Positions 1 through 10,720 of a stretch of 53,169 bases of DNA are shown in pieces. A program made the translations under genes and the position numbers. The stretch's first letter is position 1, and each line of letters begins with the position of its first letter. A model generated the notes under the pieces. That model saw only the letters and a program-made list of their open reading frames with translations. It was not told where the DNA came from and searched no databases. The stretch is from Acidobacteriota bacterium (GTDB lineage Bacteria; Acidobacteriota; Thermoanaerobaculia; Multivoradales; UBA5704), in the NCBI GenBank assembly GCA_040005235.1, contig JBDTZG010000038.1:1-53169 (forward strand), in the 5' to 3' direction.

Positions 1-1472
1 TCGCGCCGGGCGAGCAGCGGCACTTTGCCGAGGTAGCGCGTGCCGTCGGGGAGCGTGCCGTTGGCCAACTCCATCGCGACGTACTTCAACATGTCGTTGA
101 CGCTGCTCCAGCCGGCGCCCGCGGGACGCAGAGGCAGGACCGAATAATCGATGTTGAACAGCGCGTGGGCGGGATGGCCGTCGATGTCGGGAGCGTGGGC
201 CGAGGCGTGGTTTCCCGAAAGCGCCTTGGCGTAGTCGAAGGTCGTCGACTTCATGCCGAGGGGATCGAACACCTCCGTCTGCATCGCCTTGTCGTACGCC
301 GCCCCCAGCTCCAGCGTCGGGTAGGCGACGTGCCCTGCGACGAATCCGGCCGCGCCGGCCAGCAGGTTCGAGTACTGGAACATCTCGCCGAATTTGCTGG
401 TCGGTTGGACGGTCGCAAGCGTCGCCATCGCCCCTTCCGGCGTCACCCCTTGGTATTGGAACAGCCACTCCATGTCCTGCCGGGGGAGGCCGGTGCAGGC
501 GCAGATCAGATGCTCGACGAGGACCTGCCGGGTGGTATCGGCGTCGCCGAGCTTGAAGCTGGGCAGCAGACGGGTCACCGGAGTCTTCCAGGTCAGCTTG
601 CCTTCCTCGACCAGCTTCGCAAGCAGGAGCGTCGTCAACCCCTTGGTGTTCGAGGCGATCATGTAGAGCGTATCGGCATCGAAATTCGTGTCTTTACCCA
701 ACTAGCGCACGCCGAAACCACCCGCAAAAACGACTTTGCCATCTTGGATGATGCCGACCGAAACGCCCGCCACGCCGGTCGCCTTCTGGCCGTCCTCGAC
801 GAACTTGGCCAACGCCGCGATCCGCGACGCATCGAGCCGATTCGCCTTCTTGCCCGCGAACGTTTCGCGCGAGTAGCCCTTGGGAAGAACCTTGCCCAGG
901 ATCAAACCCAACTGAGAGGCCCGCTTTTCGGCGACCCCCTGGGACATGTCGTAGATCGCTACGTTCCACGCGCCGCCCGCGAATCGAACCCGCACCGCCA
1001 CGTCGCGCCGCTCGTTCGGCGAGGTGAGGTAGATGAACACCCGCTGCTTCGACCAGCCGTCCCGGTCCGGTACGTCGTTCGCAATTTGCAGAGGCCACTT
1101 CGGTTCCTTGTACGCAGCCCATCCCGCCGCGAGAGCCGCCTCGGCGTCGGCAGCCTGCACGTCGACCAACGCGATCCAAGAGTCCCCCTCCGGCGCCTCC
1201 AAAATCGTCGCCGGGCCGCGGACGGAAACGCTCCAGCCGGCCGGCGCGATGAAGGTATTGCCGAGCACGGTGGTCTTCGGGGTATCGGCGGCCAGGCGCT
1301 CGGTCGGCGGAGCGGAACCCTTGGCTGGAGCCTTGGCCGGCTCTGTCGGTTGAGCCACCGCACCGTTTGAATGGCAACAGGCGAACAGAAGGAGAGCGGC
1401 TGTGCCGAGCCTCGGAATCCACCGGGACGCGCCGTCCAGTGGAAGATTGTTGATCGGTTGTGGCGTCGCCAT
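1..1472 (-). pseudogene. Serine hydrolase / beta-lactamase-family secreted protein with in-frame TAG at 702-704; runs off the window start
   Basis: ORF 702..1523 (likely start MATPQP at 1472, signal-like N-terminus) ends GGFGVR*. The same frame continues LGKDTNFDADTLYMIASNTKGL... with the SxxK motif (SNTK) and FQYSN typical of class C beta-lactamase-like hydrolases. Confidence 0.8.
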
Positions 1473-1526
1473 GGGGTTTTCCCTATCCTCTCGAATCGTG
1501 GCCTCTCCCCTGAGGATACGCATCCA

Positions 1527-1748
1527 TCATGGGAGAGTTTCCGGCCTCCGCGGAAAGCGTGTCAGCGCCGCCCCTGCGATCCAGGCAACCAGAAACGCGG
1601 GAACCGCAGTGACGGCCGGCCAGAGAACCAGGGCGAGGAGCCAGAGGGGCCGAACTCCGGAACCCGTCGGGAGCGACCGGACCATCCCCGCAACCGCTAG
1701 ACCGAATGCCCCGATCGCGACGGCCAGGGCGACGTAGGGATAGCCCAT
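1527..1748 (-). CDS. Small hypothetical membrane protein
   Basis: 73-aa ORF with two hydrophobic segments, co-oriented with neighbours. Confidence 0.4.
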   Translation of the reverse strand: MGYPYVALAVAIGAFGLAVAGMVRSLPTGSGVRPLWLLALVLWPAVTAVPAFLVAWIAGAALTRFPRRPETLP

Positions 1749-1798
1749 CTTTGACCAGGTTAGGAGAAGAGCGTTTCATGTCGATGCGCCCAGCGGGA

Positions 1799-3310
1799 TC
1801 ACTTTACTCCTGAGCCCAGCGACTGTTCGAGGCGAGAGAAAAGCCTGTTGATCCCGTAGCTCTCTGGCATCTCAGAACCCTGGAGATTGTGGAAATCTGC
1901 GAGAATCACCCGACGAATTGCCTCTTGCTCCTCAGGACCACCTTTGGGCGTGAGCTCGAGGGCTGCCAGGTGGAGGAGCGTTGATTCAGGGAATGCCCTG
2001 AGTGCCGCATTGAAGCCAGAGTCACCGAGAGTCAGTTTTCCTGCTTTCGTCAGGTAGATAAAGTGGTTTTCCGCACAGAGTCTGCCGCTAAACTTCTCCC
2101 AGCAAACGCGTTCTATGTCCGCACACCGCCCATCGGAATAACCGAGACAATTCGCCGCAAGGAAATCAGCGTCGTCTGCCGAAGCACCGGCGGAGAACGT
2201 GCGCTTCTCCAGGACGGGGCGGAGCCAACCCACGACTTCTGGCTCCGTCATCATCTTGCCCCGAATCCCAAAGGTCACGAGACCCCTCAGAACCTGGGTA
2301 GGGAGGTCCTTGCTTCGCTGTTCGAGCTGTTCGCGAACGCGTTCGCGAAGCTCGTTGCTGGGCGCCTTGTAGCCTTCGGCTGCATCCAGGAGGACCTGTA
2401 CGCTCTCTCGGACCTCAGGCTCGACCTGTCCACCCAGAGCTTCGAGATCCTCGTGTGCCAGGTCCAAGGAGGGCTTGGAGTTCCACCAATTGATCGGCCA
2501 TTCCAAGTCGTGCAGCAACAACTCCCCCAATGCACTTCCTGCATTCTCTCAGCTGACTTTGCCCATGAGCTCGCTTCGTACCAACCATGGATTGCGCAAG
2601 CCGAAAACATCGGAAATCCTCTCGTCAATTTCGACGTGATGATTTGTATGGTCGGCGCGATTCCACGCGTCGACGGCTCTCCGCAGATCATCCTGCTCCA
2701 AGAGACAATGAGCCCAGAGGGCGTTGATCACTTTGTAACTTGGGTTCCACGTCACGTAACGCTCAAACAACACGCAGGCGGCCTGACCTTGACCTGCACG
2801 CTGCAATTCGAAAGCAGCTTCGAGATTCGTGTTGGCGCTGTCTGGTTGTTGGCGAAGTGCCTCAAGATGCAGGGCATACGATTGTTTAGGATCAAGGCCG
2901 TACAGCAGGTTGCCAACGTAGAGGTTATGCGCCGCGGTTCGGTTGTTCTCCGAGACAACGTCGAGAAGTCGCTGGCTCGCCTCTACGATCCGTCCGCTCC
3001 GGACGATATCTTCATTTTGCTTTAGAACCGCTTCGTAAGTCGGTCTGACAGCATCGAGTTCCTTCCCCCCAATTGGATCGGACTGGCTCAGCGGTGGGAG
3101 GTTTGCCGGTATTTGACCTGACGGCTCTGTCGCACCTCTGTCGTTGGGTCCGTTGCCATGGCATGAAAACGATCCGAGGAGAAGAGTGAAAGCAACCAGG
3201 CCGACTTGAACGTGTATGCCGGCGGTAGGATTGAAATTGTGCCCTGCACCCTTGGTCATTTTAGGTCTCTCCCCTTGACAGCTCGATAGCATCGGGTTTA
3301 TCCCCCTCAC
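1799..3310 (-). pseudogene. TPR-like putative lipoprotein split by in-frame TGA at 2549-2551
   Basis: ORFs 2549..3310 and 1799..2530 are in the same frame (…GKVS*ENAGSALGELLL…). Lipobox-like LLGSFSC and helical TPR-like segments. Confidence 0.6.
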
Positions 3311-3397
3311 CTAACCTCCGGACGCAGCAACTCACGAGGGTCGGCCATGTCGCCGGCGGCCCTGACTCTCGATCCTCTTTGTTTGCCATAACGATTA

Positions 3398-4137
3398 ATG
3401 CATTCTATGCCACAGGCCGCGGCCCTTCAGCCGATCCCCGGTGTTTCCCTACGCCCCATGTCGAAGCACCTCCTCTGCCCGCCTCTCCTAGTCCTCCTAG
3501 CCGCCCTCCCCGCCACCGCCCTCGACAAAGTCACCCTGGCCACCAACTGGAAGGCCGAGGCGGAGCACGGCGGGTTCTACCAAGCCATAGCAACCGGGAC
3601 CAATAAGCGGCACGGCCTGGACGTCACCCTGCGCAGGGGGGGGCCGCAGGTCAACAACCCGCAGCTGCTGGCCGCCGGGGTGGTGGATTTCAATGTTGGG
3701 GCCAGCTCGTTTGCCGCGCTCAATTACGCCGGGAGAGTGGTGGGGGAGGTGGCGGTTCCGGTGCCCGCCTCGCGCGGGCCGGAGTTTCGGGAGTCTTCGG
3801 CGTATCTCGCCACCTGCCGGCAGGTTTCAGCAAAGCTCGCGGAGGCGATGGCGTGACCGCGAGCCGATTGCAAAAGGCGGGGCAGGGGTTCACTTGGCGC
3901 TCGGCGATTACGGCGCTCGGGCCGCCGCTCTCGGTGATTCTATTTCTCGGCGGGACCGAAACCGGGCTTGCGTATCGCATTCTGGAAGCCGGCTACACCT
4001 TGGAGATTCCCCGGATGGTCGCGGCTCTCGCGCTGTTGTCGGCCGCCGGAGTGGTGATCTGGGCGGCGCTCTCCGGGCTTTCCTGGCTGCTCCTGCGGCG
4101 CTGGCACGAGAGCGCGATCGGGCGGGTCGAAGGCTGA
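3398..4137 (+). pseudogene. Collapsed NitT/TauT (NMT1/THI5-type) ABC transporter operon remnant
   Basis: 3398..3856 starts as a substrate-binding protein (NWKAEAEHGGFYQA, GGPQVN) and ends with an ATPase-like C-terminal tail (RGPEFRESSAY…). 3853..4137 keeps only a permease C-terminus (GLAYRILEAGYTLEIPRM…RRWHESA). Confidence 0.7.
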
Positions 4138-4470
4138 AATCTTCTGGCCGCACTCCAGATCTTCTGGCCCAACTCCAGATTTCCTGGCCGGACTCCAAAT
4201 CTTCTGGCGGAGCCAGGAATCCGCTGGCGGGGCTCCAGATTTCCTGGCCGTGCCTCAAATCTGCTGGCGGGACTTCAAATCTGCTGGCGGGACTCCAAAT
4301 ATCGTGGCGGAGCTGGGGCCAGGAGATTTCGGCGTCCGCCAGGGAAATGCATTCCGCGGCCAGCGAAGTGGAGCCGCCCCAAGGGATTCGAGAGACCGCC
4401 GGGGGATTTGGCCCCTCGCCCGAGGATTCGGCGATCGGGCAGTACCTTCGCGAGCCGGCCGGGAAATTCG
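4137..4470. repeat. Bipartite 20-bp-period repeat array: about 9 direct units then about 8 degenerate units in inverted orientation
   Basis: Left arm consensus CTTCTGGCGGGACTCCAAAT with (A/G)(A/G)AT at 4137, 4157 … 4297. Right arm ATT(T/C)G-like starts at 4326, 4346 … 4466 resemble the reverse complement. Confidence 0.85.
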
Positions 4471-4545
4471 TGCGGCTTGGCGCGGGTGGTGCGGATCAAC
4501 CGGCAAGGGAGGGCGACTATCGCGTAACGTTCGCGCGAATTTCCC

Positions 4546-4575
4546 TTGACGCCGTCTTATGCTCATGACTAGGAT
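4546..4575 (+). promoter_or_regulatory. Putative sigma70 promoter of nadABC
   Basis: TTGACG (4546-4551) N18 TAGGAT (4570-4575). Confidence 0.5.
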
Positions 4576-4577
4576 AT
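4557..4577. promoter_or_regulatory. NadQ-type operator, site 1 (degenerate)
   Basis: TTATGCTCATGACTAGGATAT; left half matches the TTATGCTCA-N3-TGAGCATAA type motif and overlaps the promoter. Confidence 0.55.
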
Positions 4578-4614
4578 CCATGGCCGGCGCCCCGCCGGTT
4601 TTTTCGGGTCGTTG

Positions 4615-4635
4615 ATATGCTCACAAAGAGCATAA
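4615..4635. promoter_or_regulatory. NadQ-type operator, site 2
   Basis: ATATGCTCACAAAGAGCATAA: palindrome TATGCTC-N5-GAGCATA immediately upstream of the nadA RBS. Confidence 0.75.
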
Positions 4636-4645
4636 TGGAGATTCG

Positions 4646-5707
4646 ATGAATCCAGGTTCGGTCGCACCGAGCACTGCTGTACCTGAGGCTTCGCCGCAGT
4701 TCCTCGCCTACACGCCGGAAGTCGCCGCGGCGACCTCCGAGATCCTTGGACGGGCTCGTTCCGTCATCCCCGAGCTGGAGTGGCCGGTCCATGGGCCGTA
4801 CATCGCGGCGATCCAGGAATGGAAGAAGCGGCGCAACGCCGTGATCCTGGCGCACAACTACCAGGCGCCCGAGATCTACTTCGGCGTCGCCGACTTCTGC
4901 GGCGATTCGCTGTCGCTCGCCCAGGAAGGGGCGAAGACCGAGGCGGATGTGATCGTCCTCGCGGGCGTTCATTTCATGGCCGAGACGGCGAAGATCCTGT
5001 CGCCGGAAAAGACCGTGCTGATCCCCGACATGCGCGCGGGCTGCTCGCTCGCCGAGTCGATCACCGCCGAGGACGTGCGCCTGCTGCGCCAGAAGTACCC
5101 GGGCGTCCCGGTCGTCACCTATGTCAATACCTCAGCCGCGGTCAAAGCCGAGACCGACATCTGCTGCACCTCCGCGAACGCGGTCGCGGTGGTCGAGTCG
5201 CTCGGCGTTCCCCGGGTGATCTTCCTGCCGGACGAGTACCTTGGCCAGCACGTGGCGAGCCAAACCAAGGTCGAGGTCATCCTCTGGCGCGGCCACTGCA
5301 TGGTGCATGAGCGGTTTACCGGCGCGCAGCTCAAGGATCTTCGCAGCCAGTACGGCGCGAGCCTGCAGATTCTCGCCCACCCCGAGTGCCCGCAAGACGT
5401 GCTGGCGGAATCCGATTTCGTCGGCTCGACCGCCGGCATGATCCGCTTCGTCGCCGAGGAGAAGCCCAAGCGGGTGGTCCTGGTGACCGAGTGCTCGATG
5501 GCCGACAACGTCTCGGTCGAGCATCCCGATGTCGAGTTCGTCCGGCCGTGCAATCTCTGTCCGCACATGAAGAGGATCACCCTGCCGAAGATCCTCAAGT
5601 CGCTCGAAACGATGACCACGGCGGTCGAGGTGGATCCCGAGATCGGCGCCCGGGCTCGGCTCGCGGTCGAACGAATGCTTGCGGTCGGCCGGCGGGAGAC
5701 CCGATGA
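4646..5707 (+). CDS. nadA: Quinolinate synthase A
   Basis: [31 protein letters not shown] and CPHMK motifs. Confidence 0.97.
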   Translation: MNPGSVAPSTAVPEASPQFLAYTPEVAAATSEILGRARSVIPELEWPVHGPYIAAIQEWKKRRNAVILAHNYQAPEIYFGVADFCGDSLSLAQEGAKTEADVIVLAGVHFMAETAKILSPEKTVLIPDMRAGCSLAESITAEDVRLLRQKYPGVPVVTYVNTSAAVKAETDICCTSANAVAVVESLGVPRVIFLPDEYLGQHVASQTKVEVILWRGHCMVHERFTGAQLKDLRSQYGASLQILAHPECPQDVLAESDFVGSTAGMIRFVAEEKPKRVVLVTECSMADNVSVEHPDVEFVRPCNLCPHMKRITLPKILKSLETMTTAVEVDPEIGARARLAVERMLAVGRRETR

Positions 5708-7353
5708 GAGAGCTGGAACGGGAGATTGAGGTCCGCGAGACCGACGTGCTGGTGATCGGCACCGGGATCGCGGGTCTGACCGCTGCGCTCGGCTGCTCGC
5801 CGCTCCACGTCGACCTGCTCACCAAGTCGCGCTTCGGCGCGGGCGGGTCGAGCGCCTGGGCGCAAGGCGGTGTCGCGGTCGCGTTCGGATCGGACGACGC
5901 GCCGGCCCTTCATGCCGCGGACACGATGGCCGCGGGCGCGGGCTTAAACGACCCGGACGTGGTGGCGATCCTCACCTCCGAGGGGCCGCGACGGGTCGAG
6001 GCGCTGCTCGCGCTCGGCGCGCGGTTCGATCGCGACTCGGGCGGCCAGCTGTCGCTCGGCCGCGAGGCGGCGCATAGCCGGCGGCGCATTCTCCATGCAC
6101 ACGGCGATGCCACGGGCGCTGAGATGGTGCGGACTCTGTCCGTCGCGGTCCATCAGGCGCCGGAGGTCGAGGTGTTCGAGCGGACGTTCGCGATCGATCT
6201 CGCGACGATCGACGGCGCGGTGGTTGGCGTGGTCGCCGAGCATCCGGACGGCCGGTTGGTGCTGCATGCCGCTCCCGCGATCGTGCTCGCGACCGGCGGT
6301 CTCGGCCGGCTCTACGCGCGGACCACGAACCCGGTCGAATCGACCGCCGACGGTCTGGCGATGGCGGCGCGGGCGGGCGCCCGGCTGGTCGACGTCGAGT
6401 TCGTGCAGTTCCATCCGACGGCGCTCGCCGCCGGGGCGGATCCGATGCCGCTCCTAACCGAGGCGCTGCGCGGCGAGGGGGCCATCTTGATCGATGGCCT
6501 CGACGGGCTCGGCGAGCGCTTCATGGTGGGCGAGCACCCGGACGCGGAGCTGGCGCCGCGCGACGTGGTGGCCCGGGCGATTTGGCGCCGCCTGGCCGCC
6601 GGGCGCACGGTCTATCTGGATGCGACGAAGGCGGTTGGGGAGAGCTTCCCCGAGCGATTCCCGACCGTGTTCGAGATCTGCCGCCGGCAGGGGCTCGATC
6701 CGCGGCATCAGCCGGTCGCGGTCTCACCCGCGGCGCACTACCACATGGGCGGCATCGACGTGGACGCCTCGGGGCGCACCTCGCTCGCCGGCCTTTGGGC
6801 TTGCGGCGAGGTCTCGGCGACGGGGGCGCACGGAGCCAACCGGCTGGCCAGCAATTCGCTGCTCGAAGCGCTGGTCTTCGGCGCGCGGGTGGCCGAGGAT
6901 CTGCGCCGGCCGCGCCTTGCCCGACCGCGGCGCCATCCCGAGATCGAGGCCGCGGCGGGGGAGGCGGAGATCCCCGTGGGGATCGAAGAAGAACGCAGCG
7001 CGAAGATCGTCGCCGAGATCCGAGCCCTGATGTGGGACCAGGTCGGGCTGGTGCGCGACGAGGCGGGGCTGTCCGCGGCGCTCGCCCGGCTCGATGAGAT
7101 CGCCCGAGAGGTTCCGGAGCTTGGCGGCGAGGCGCGTAACCTGCTTTGCGCCGGCCGGCTGGTGACGGCGGCGGCGCTCGCCCGGCGCGAGAGCCGGGGA
7201 GGCCACTATCGCTCCGATTACCCGGAGCCCGATCCGGTCTGGCAGGTCCACCTGGTGACGACGTTTGGGAAGGACGGCCGGGTCCAGGTCGAGCTGGAAG
7301 AGGCGCCGCCGGCTCCCGCGCCTACGCTCCAGGCGGCGGGCGGCGCCCGATGA
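5704..7353 (+). CDS. nadB: L-aspartate oxidase
   Basis: GTGIAG FAD motif, [40 protein letters not shown] at 5704 overlaps the nadA stop. Confidence 0.96.
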   Translation: MRELEREIEVRETDVLVIGTGIAGLTAALGCSPLHVDLLTKSRFGAGGSSAWAQGGVAVAFGSDDAPALHAADTMAAGAGLNDPDVVAILTSEGPRRVEALLALGARFDRDSGGQLSLGREAAHSRRRILHAHGDATGAEMVRTLSVAVHQAPEVEVFERTFAIDLATIDGAVVGVVAEHPDGRLVLHAAPAIVLATGGLGRLYARTTNPVESTADGLAMAARAGARLVDVEFVQFHPTALAAGADPMPLLTEALRGEGAILIDGLDGLGERFMVGEHPDAELAPRDVVARAIWRRLAAGRTVYLDATKAVGESFPERFPTVFEICRRQGLDPRHQPVAVSPAAHYHMGGIDVDASGRTSLAGLWACGEVSATGAHGANRLASNSLLEALVFGARVAEDLRRPRLARPRRHPEIEAAAGEAEIPVGIEEERSAKIVAEIRALMWDQVGLVRDEAGLSAALARLDEIAREVPELGGEARNLLCAGRLVTAAALARRESRGGHYRSDYPEPDPVWQVHLVTTFGKDGRVQVELEEAPPAPAPTLQAAGGAR

Positions 7354-8234
7354 GCTTGGCGCAAGATTCCGCGTCGTCAGAGCACCCGCCGGCGCCGCTG
7401 CTGCCGATTCTTTATGAAGGGCACGTGCGGGCGGCGCTGCTCGAAGATCTCGGTCGCGCGGGCGATCTGACCAGCGACGCGGTGCTGCCGCCCGGCCTGC
7501 CCTCCGAGGCGCTCGCGGTGGCCCGGCGGGCGGGACGGATCGCAGGGCTCGAAGTCGGGCTGTCGGCGTTCCGCCTGCTGGATCCGGGCATCTCGATCGA
7601 AATTCTCGGCGGAGATGGGCGCGACGCCGAAGCGGGGGAGACCCTGGCGATCGTTCGCGGCTCAGGGCGCACGGTGCTCGCTGCAGAGCGGACGATGCTC
7701 AATTATCTCGGCCATCTCTCGGGGATCGCGACGGTCACTCGCGACGTGGTCGCCTTGGTGGCGCCCTACGGCGCACGGGTCGCCTGCACCCGGAAGACCA
7801 CACCGGGGCTGCGCGCGCTGGAGAAGTTCGCGGTGCGCATGGGCGGCGGCAGCAACCACCGGTTCGGGTTGGACGACGCGATCCTGATCAAGGACAACCA
7901 TCGGGCGCTTGCCGGAGGGGTTCGCCCGGCGGTCGAGCGCGCCCGGCGGGCGATTGGCCATCTGGTGAAGATCGAAGTTGAGGTCGAGACGCTCGAACAT
8001 CTCGACGAGGCGCTTGAATGCAGGGTGGAGGCGGTCCTGCTCGACAACATGCCGCTCTCTCTGCTGCGCGAGGCGGTGCAGCGGGCTAAAGGTCGCGCGA
8101 TCACCGAAGCCTCGGGGGGCATCACCCCGGATACCGCTGCGGATGTCGCGGCCACCGGCGTCGATCTGCTGTCGATCGGCTGGATCACCCACAGCGCCCC
8201 GAATCTTGACGTGGCGCTGGATATACGGATGTGA
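7350..8234 (+). CDS. nadC: Quinolinate phosphoribosyltransferase (decarboxylating)
   Basis: TRKTTPGLR, NHRFGL, IKDNH, LLDN and EASGGI motifs. ATG at 7350 overlaps the nadB stop. Confidence 0.97.
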   Translation: MSLAQDSASSEHPPAPLLPILYEGHVRAALLEDLGRAGDLTSDAVLPPGLPSEALAVARRAGRIAGLEVGLSAFRLLDPGISIEILGGDGRDAEAGETLAIVRGSGRTVLAAERTMLNYLGHLSGIATVTRDVVALVAPYGARVACTRKTTPGLRALEKFAVRMGGGSNHRFGLDDAILIKDNHRALAGGVRPAVERARRAIGHLVKIEVEVETLEHLDEALECRVEAVLLDNMPLSLLREAVQRAKGRAITEASGGITPDTAADVAATGVDLLSIGWITHSAPNLDVALDIRM

Positions 8235-8346
8235 AAGACGCGAGTTGGCCTTGGGTGAGAAGCAAGGGCGAGGACGGACGCGCAACTGTTTGAGCCGGAG
8301 GCGAGTTTTGCGCGCCGCCCGCAGCGCTTGCTTCTCGCCCGGGGCT

Positions 8347-9564
8347 TTAGGGTCCGAATTCGCACAGGTCGTCGGCGCGGATCGCGCGATGGCCGACCCA
8401 GTATCCTCCGGCGTTCATTCGGACCTCCACCCAGGCTTGGGCGTGGGTGAGGTTGGCGTGCCAAAGGTCGAGCATCGCCCAACCAAACGGCGCGTCGGTC
8501 GGCAGATCAGGGCCGCCGACCGCCACTTTCTGGACCGCGCGGGGGAAGGCGTTGCTCTCGCCGATCGAGATCGGGTTTTCCTCTTCGTCGAAAAAGGCGA
8601 CCTGCGCCTCGCCGAGCGGCAGCCAGCGAGGGACCGTGCCGCACGGCCGGGGAGTGGGCGCGGCTTCGCGGGTGTCGCGCCAGACGACCAGCTCCGAGCT
8701 GCCGTCGAAAATGCCACCGGAGAGGATGCGCGCCTGGAAGAGCCCGGAAAGAGGAGCGCGATCGTCACGCGTGTCGAAACCGACGTAACGGCCATAAAAC
8801 GTGTAGTCGCCGGGCCGGAAAAACGTCGGATCGGCGACGATGTGGGCCGCGTTTTCGCTGGCGGCAAATCCGTGGCCCGGATCGAGATCGATCGAGTCTC
8901 CCCAGAGCACGTTCGCGTCGCTTGCGAGGCCCCGGCCGCCGGCTGAGAAATAGAGCGGGTCGGCGGGGGTGTTGCGCGGTGTGCCGACCGACGGCGGGGT
9001 GCAGCGGTTGACGACGTCGACCGTGATGTAGCCCACGGCCAGGCCGTCTCCCGCGCTCGCGGCGCACGCCGGGGGATTGGAGAGTGGCAAGGCTTTGCCG
9101 GTATGGGCGGCGCGGAGGATGTCGACGTCGAGGGCGGAAAGGGCGCCCGCGGCCGGATCTTCGCAGCCATCGGCGACCGGCGTGTCGCGGGAGAACGGCC
9201 CCGTCGGGCTCACCCGGCCACCGGTGCGCGGCAGGTGACCCTGGAACAGATCGCGCACGTTGATGGTTTGTACGTCGAAGCCGGTCAGGTACACGTCGAA
9301 CGCGAGCGTCGGCACGCCCCAGTCGGTCCAGAGCACCACCCGGGCTTGCGCCGCGGCGGAAAACGAGTTGCCGATCGACAGCAAAGTGGTAGCTCCGGCC
9401 GGATGGTCGAGATCGACCTGGAAATAGGGAAACAACAGCGTCGCCGCCGGCTGGTCGTCGAGGCGGCAATTGCCGACGAGCGCGCCGGCCTGGCCCGCGC
9501 GGGCTCCGGCGAGGCATCCCGCGAGGACGCAGAGGCAAAGGGTGGCGCCGCGGATCGATCTCAT
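8347..9564 (-). CDS. Secreted hypothetical protein (PAATLLFPYFxVD-type)
   Basis: Signal-peptide-like MRSIRGATLCLCVLAGCLA…, several Cys, good coding composition; function unknown. Confidence 0.75.
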   Translation of the reverse strand: MRSIRGATLCLCVLAGCLAGARAGQAGALVGNCRLDDQPAATLLFPYFQVDLDHPAGATTLLSIGNSFSAAAQARVVLWTDWGVPTLAFDVYLTGFDVQTINVRDLFQGHLPRTGGRVSPTGPFSRDTPVADGCEDPAAGALSALDVDILRAAHTGKALPLSNPPACAASAGDGLAVGYITVDVVNRCTPPSVGTPRNTPADPLYFSAGGRGLASDANVLWGDSIDLDPGHGFAASENAAHIVADPTFFRPGDYTFYGRYVGFDTRDDRAPLSGLFQARILSGGIFDGSSELVVWRDTREAAPTPRPCGTVPRWLPLGEAQVAFFDEEENPISIGESNAFPRAVQKVAVGGPDLPTDAPFGWAMLDLWHANLTHAQAWVEVRMNAGGYWVGHRAIRADDLCEFGP

Positions 9565-9616
9565 GAAGGTCTTCAAAGGGATTTCGTCGGACGAGTCCGG
9601 GTAGAGTAGGGAACTT

Positions 9617-10552
9617 ATGAGCGAGACTCTAGTGCAAATCGGCGGTGCCGGGCGAGGCGACAAAAATGACCCCCCGGCGCGGCGGCAGGGGCGTCCCGAG
9701 TGGCTGCGCATCCGTCTGGCCACGCCCACTCAGTACCATAAGGTCCGGGAGCTGGTGGACCGGCTCAATCTCCATACGGTATGCCAGGAGGCGCGCTGCC
9801 CCAACATCTATGAGTGCTGGGGCGAGCACGGAACGGCCACCTTCATGATCCTGGGCGACGTCTGCACCCGGCGCTGCGGTTTCTGCGCCGTCACCTCCGG
9901 CCGGCCGGCCGCGGGGGTCGATGGGCAAGAGCCGGAGCACGTCGCCGAAGCGGTCTCGGTGATGGGGCTGCGCCACGCGGTGATCACCTCGGTCGATCGC
10001 GACGACTTGGCCGATGGCGGCGCGAAGCATTTCGCCGAGGTGATCCAGGCGATCCACCGCCGGAGCCCCGGGGTCGCCGTCGAAGTTCTGACCCCCGATT
10101 TTCGCGGCGTGCCCGATGCGCTCGACACCGTGCTCGCGGCCAGGCCCCAGGTGTTTTCGCACAACATGGAGACCGTCCCCCGGCTCTACCGCAAGGCGCG
10201 CCCCGGCAGCCGGTACGACCGTTCGCTCGGCCTTCTCGCCGAGGCGGCGGAGCGCAAGGCGGCCGGGCGTTACCGCGGCACGATCAAGACCGGGATCATG
10301 CTCGGCCTGGGCGAAACTCGGGAAGAGATCGAAGCCACCCTCACCGACATCCGGTCCGCCGGGGTCGAGGTTCTTACACTGGGCCAATATCTCCAGCCGA
10401 CCACCAAGCACCTGGCCGTCGATCGCTGGGTAAGGCCGGAGGAGTTCGCCGAGCACCGTGATTTCGCGCTTTCTTTGGGTTTCGGCCATTGCGTTTCGGG
10501 ACCGCTGGTGCGCAGCAGCTATCACGCCCACGAGCACGTGGTCGCCGGCTGA
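9617..10552 (+). CDS. lipA: Lipoyl synthase
   Basis: CQEARCPNIYEC and CTRRCGFC clusters, C-terminal RSSY. Confidence 0.97.
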   Translation: MSETLVQIGGAGRGDKNDPPARRQGRPEWLRIRLATPTQYHKVRELVDRLNLHTVCQEARCPNIYECWGEHGTATFMILGDVCTRRCGFCAVTSGRPAAGVDGQEPEHVAEAVSVMGLRHAVITSVDRDDLADGGAKHFAEVIQAIHRRSPGVAVEVLTPDFRGVPDALDTVLAARPQVFSHNMETVPRLYRKARPGSRYDRSLGLLAEAAERKAAGRYRGTIKTGIMLGLGETREEIEATLTDIRSAGVEVLTLGQYLQPTTKHLAVDRWVRPEEFAEHRDFALSLGFGHCVSGPLVRSSYHAHEHVVAG

Positions 10553-10720
10553 AATCTGCCGGCTGCCGGCCCAAGGAGTCCGCTGTCACGTTCGCAGGGC
10601 CTGGCGCACCAAGATTAGTGAGCCTTCGTGCGGTGCCCCTTCTCTCCGGTGGCCTCGGAGCCGTTCCGAGCCTCGGGCGAGGTGTCATCGAGCGACAGCG
10701 CCTTCATCGACGGGTTCGCC

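Noticed and set aside
4137-4310. CRISPR array
   Set aside because: Units are contiguous 20-mers without unique spacers, and no cas genes are present.
9617-10552. Radical SAM as RiPP maturase for the repeat peptide
   Set aside because: It has the complete LipA signature; MiaB is likewise housekeeping.
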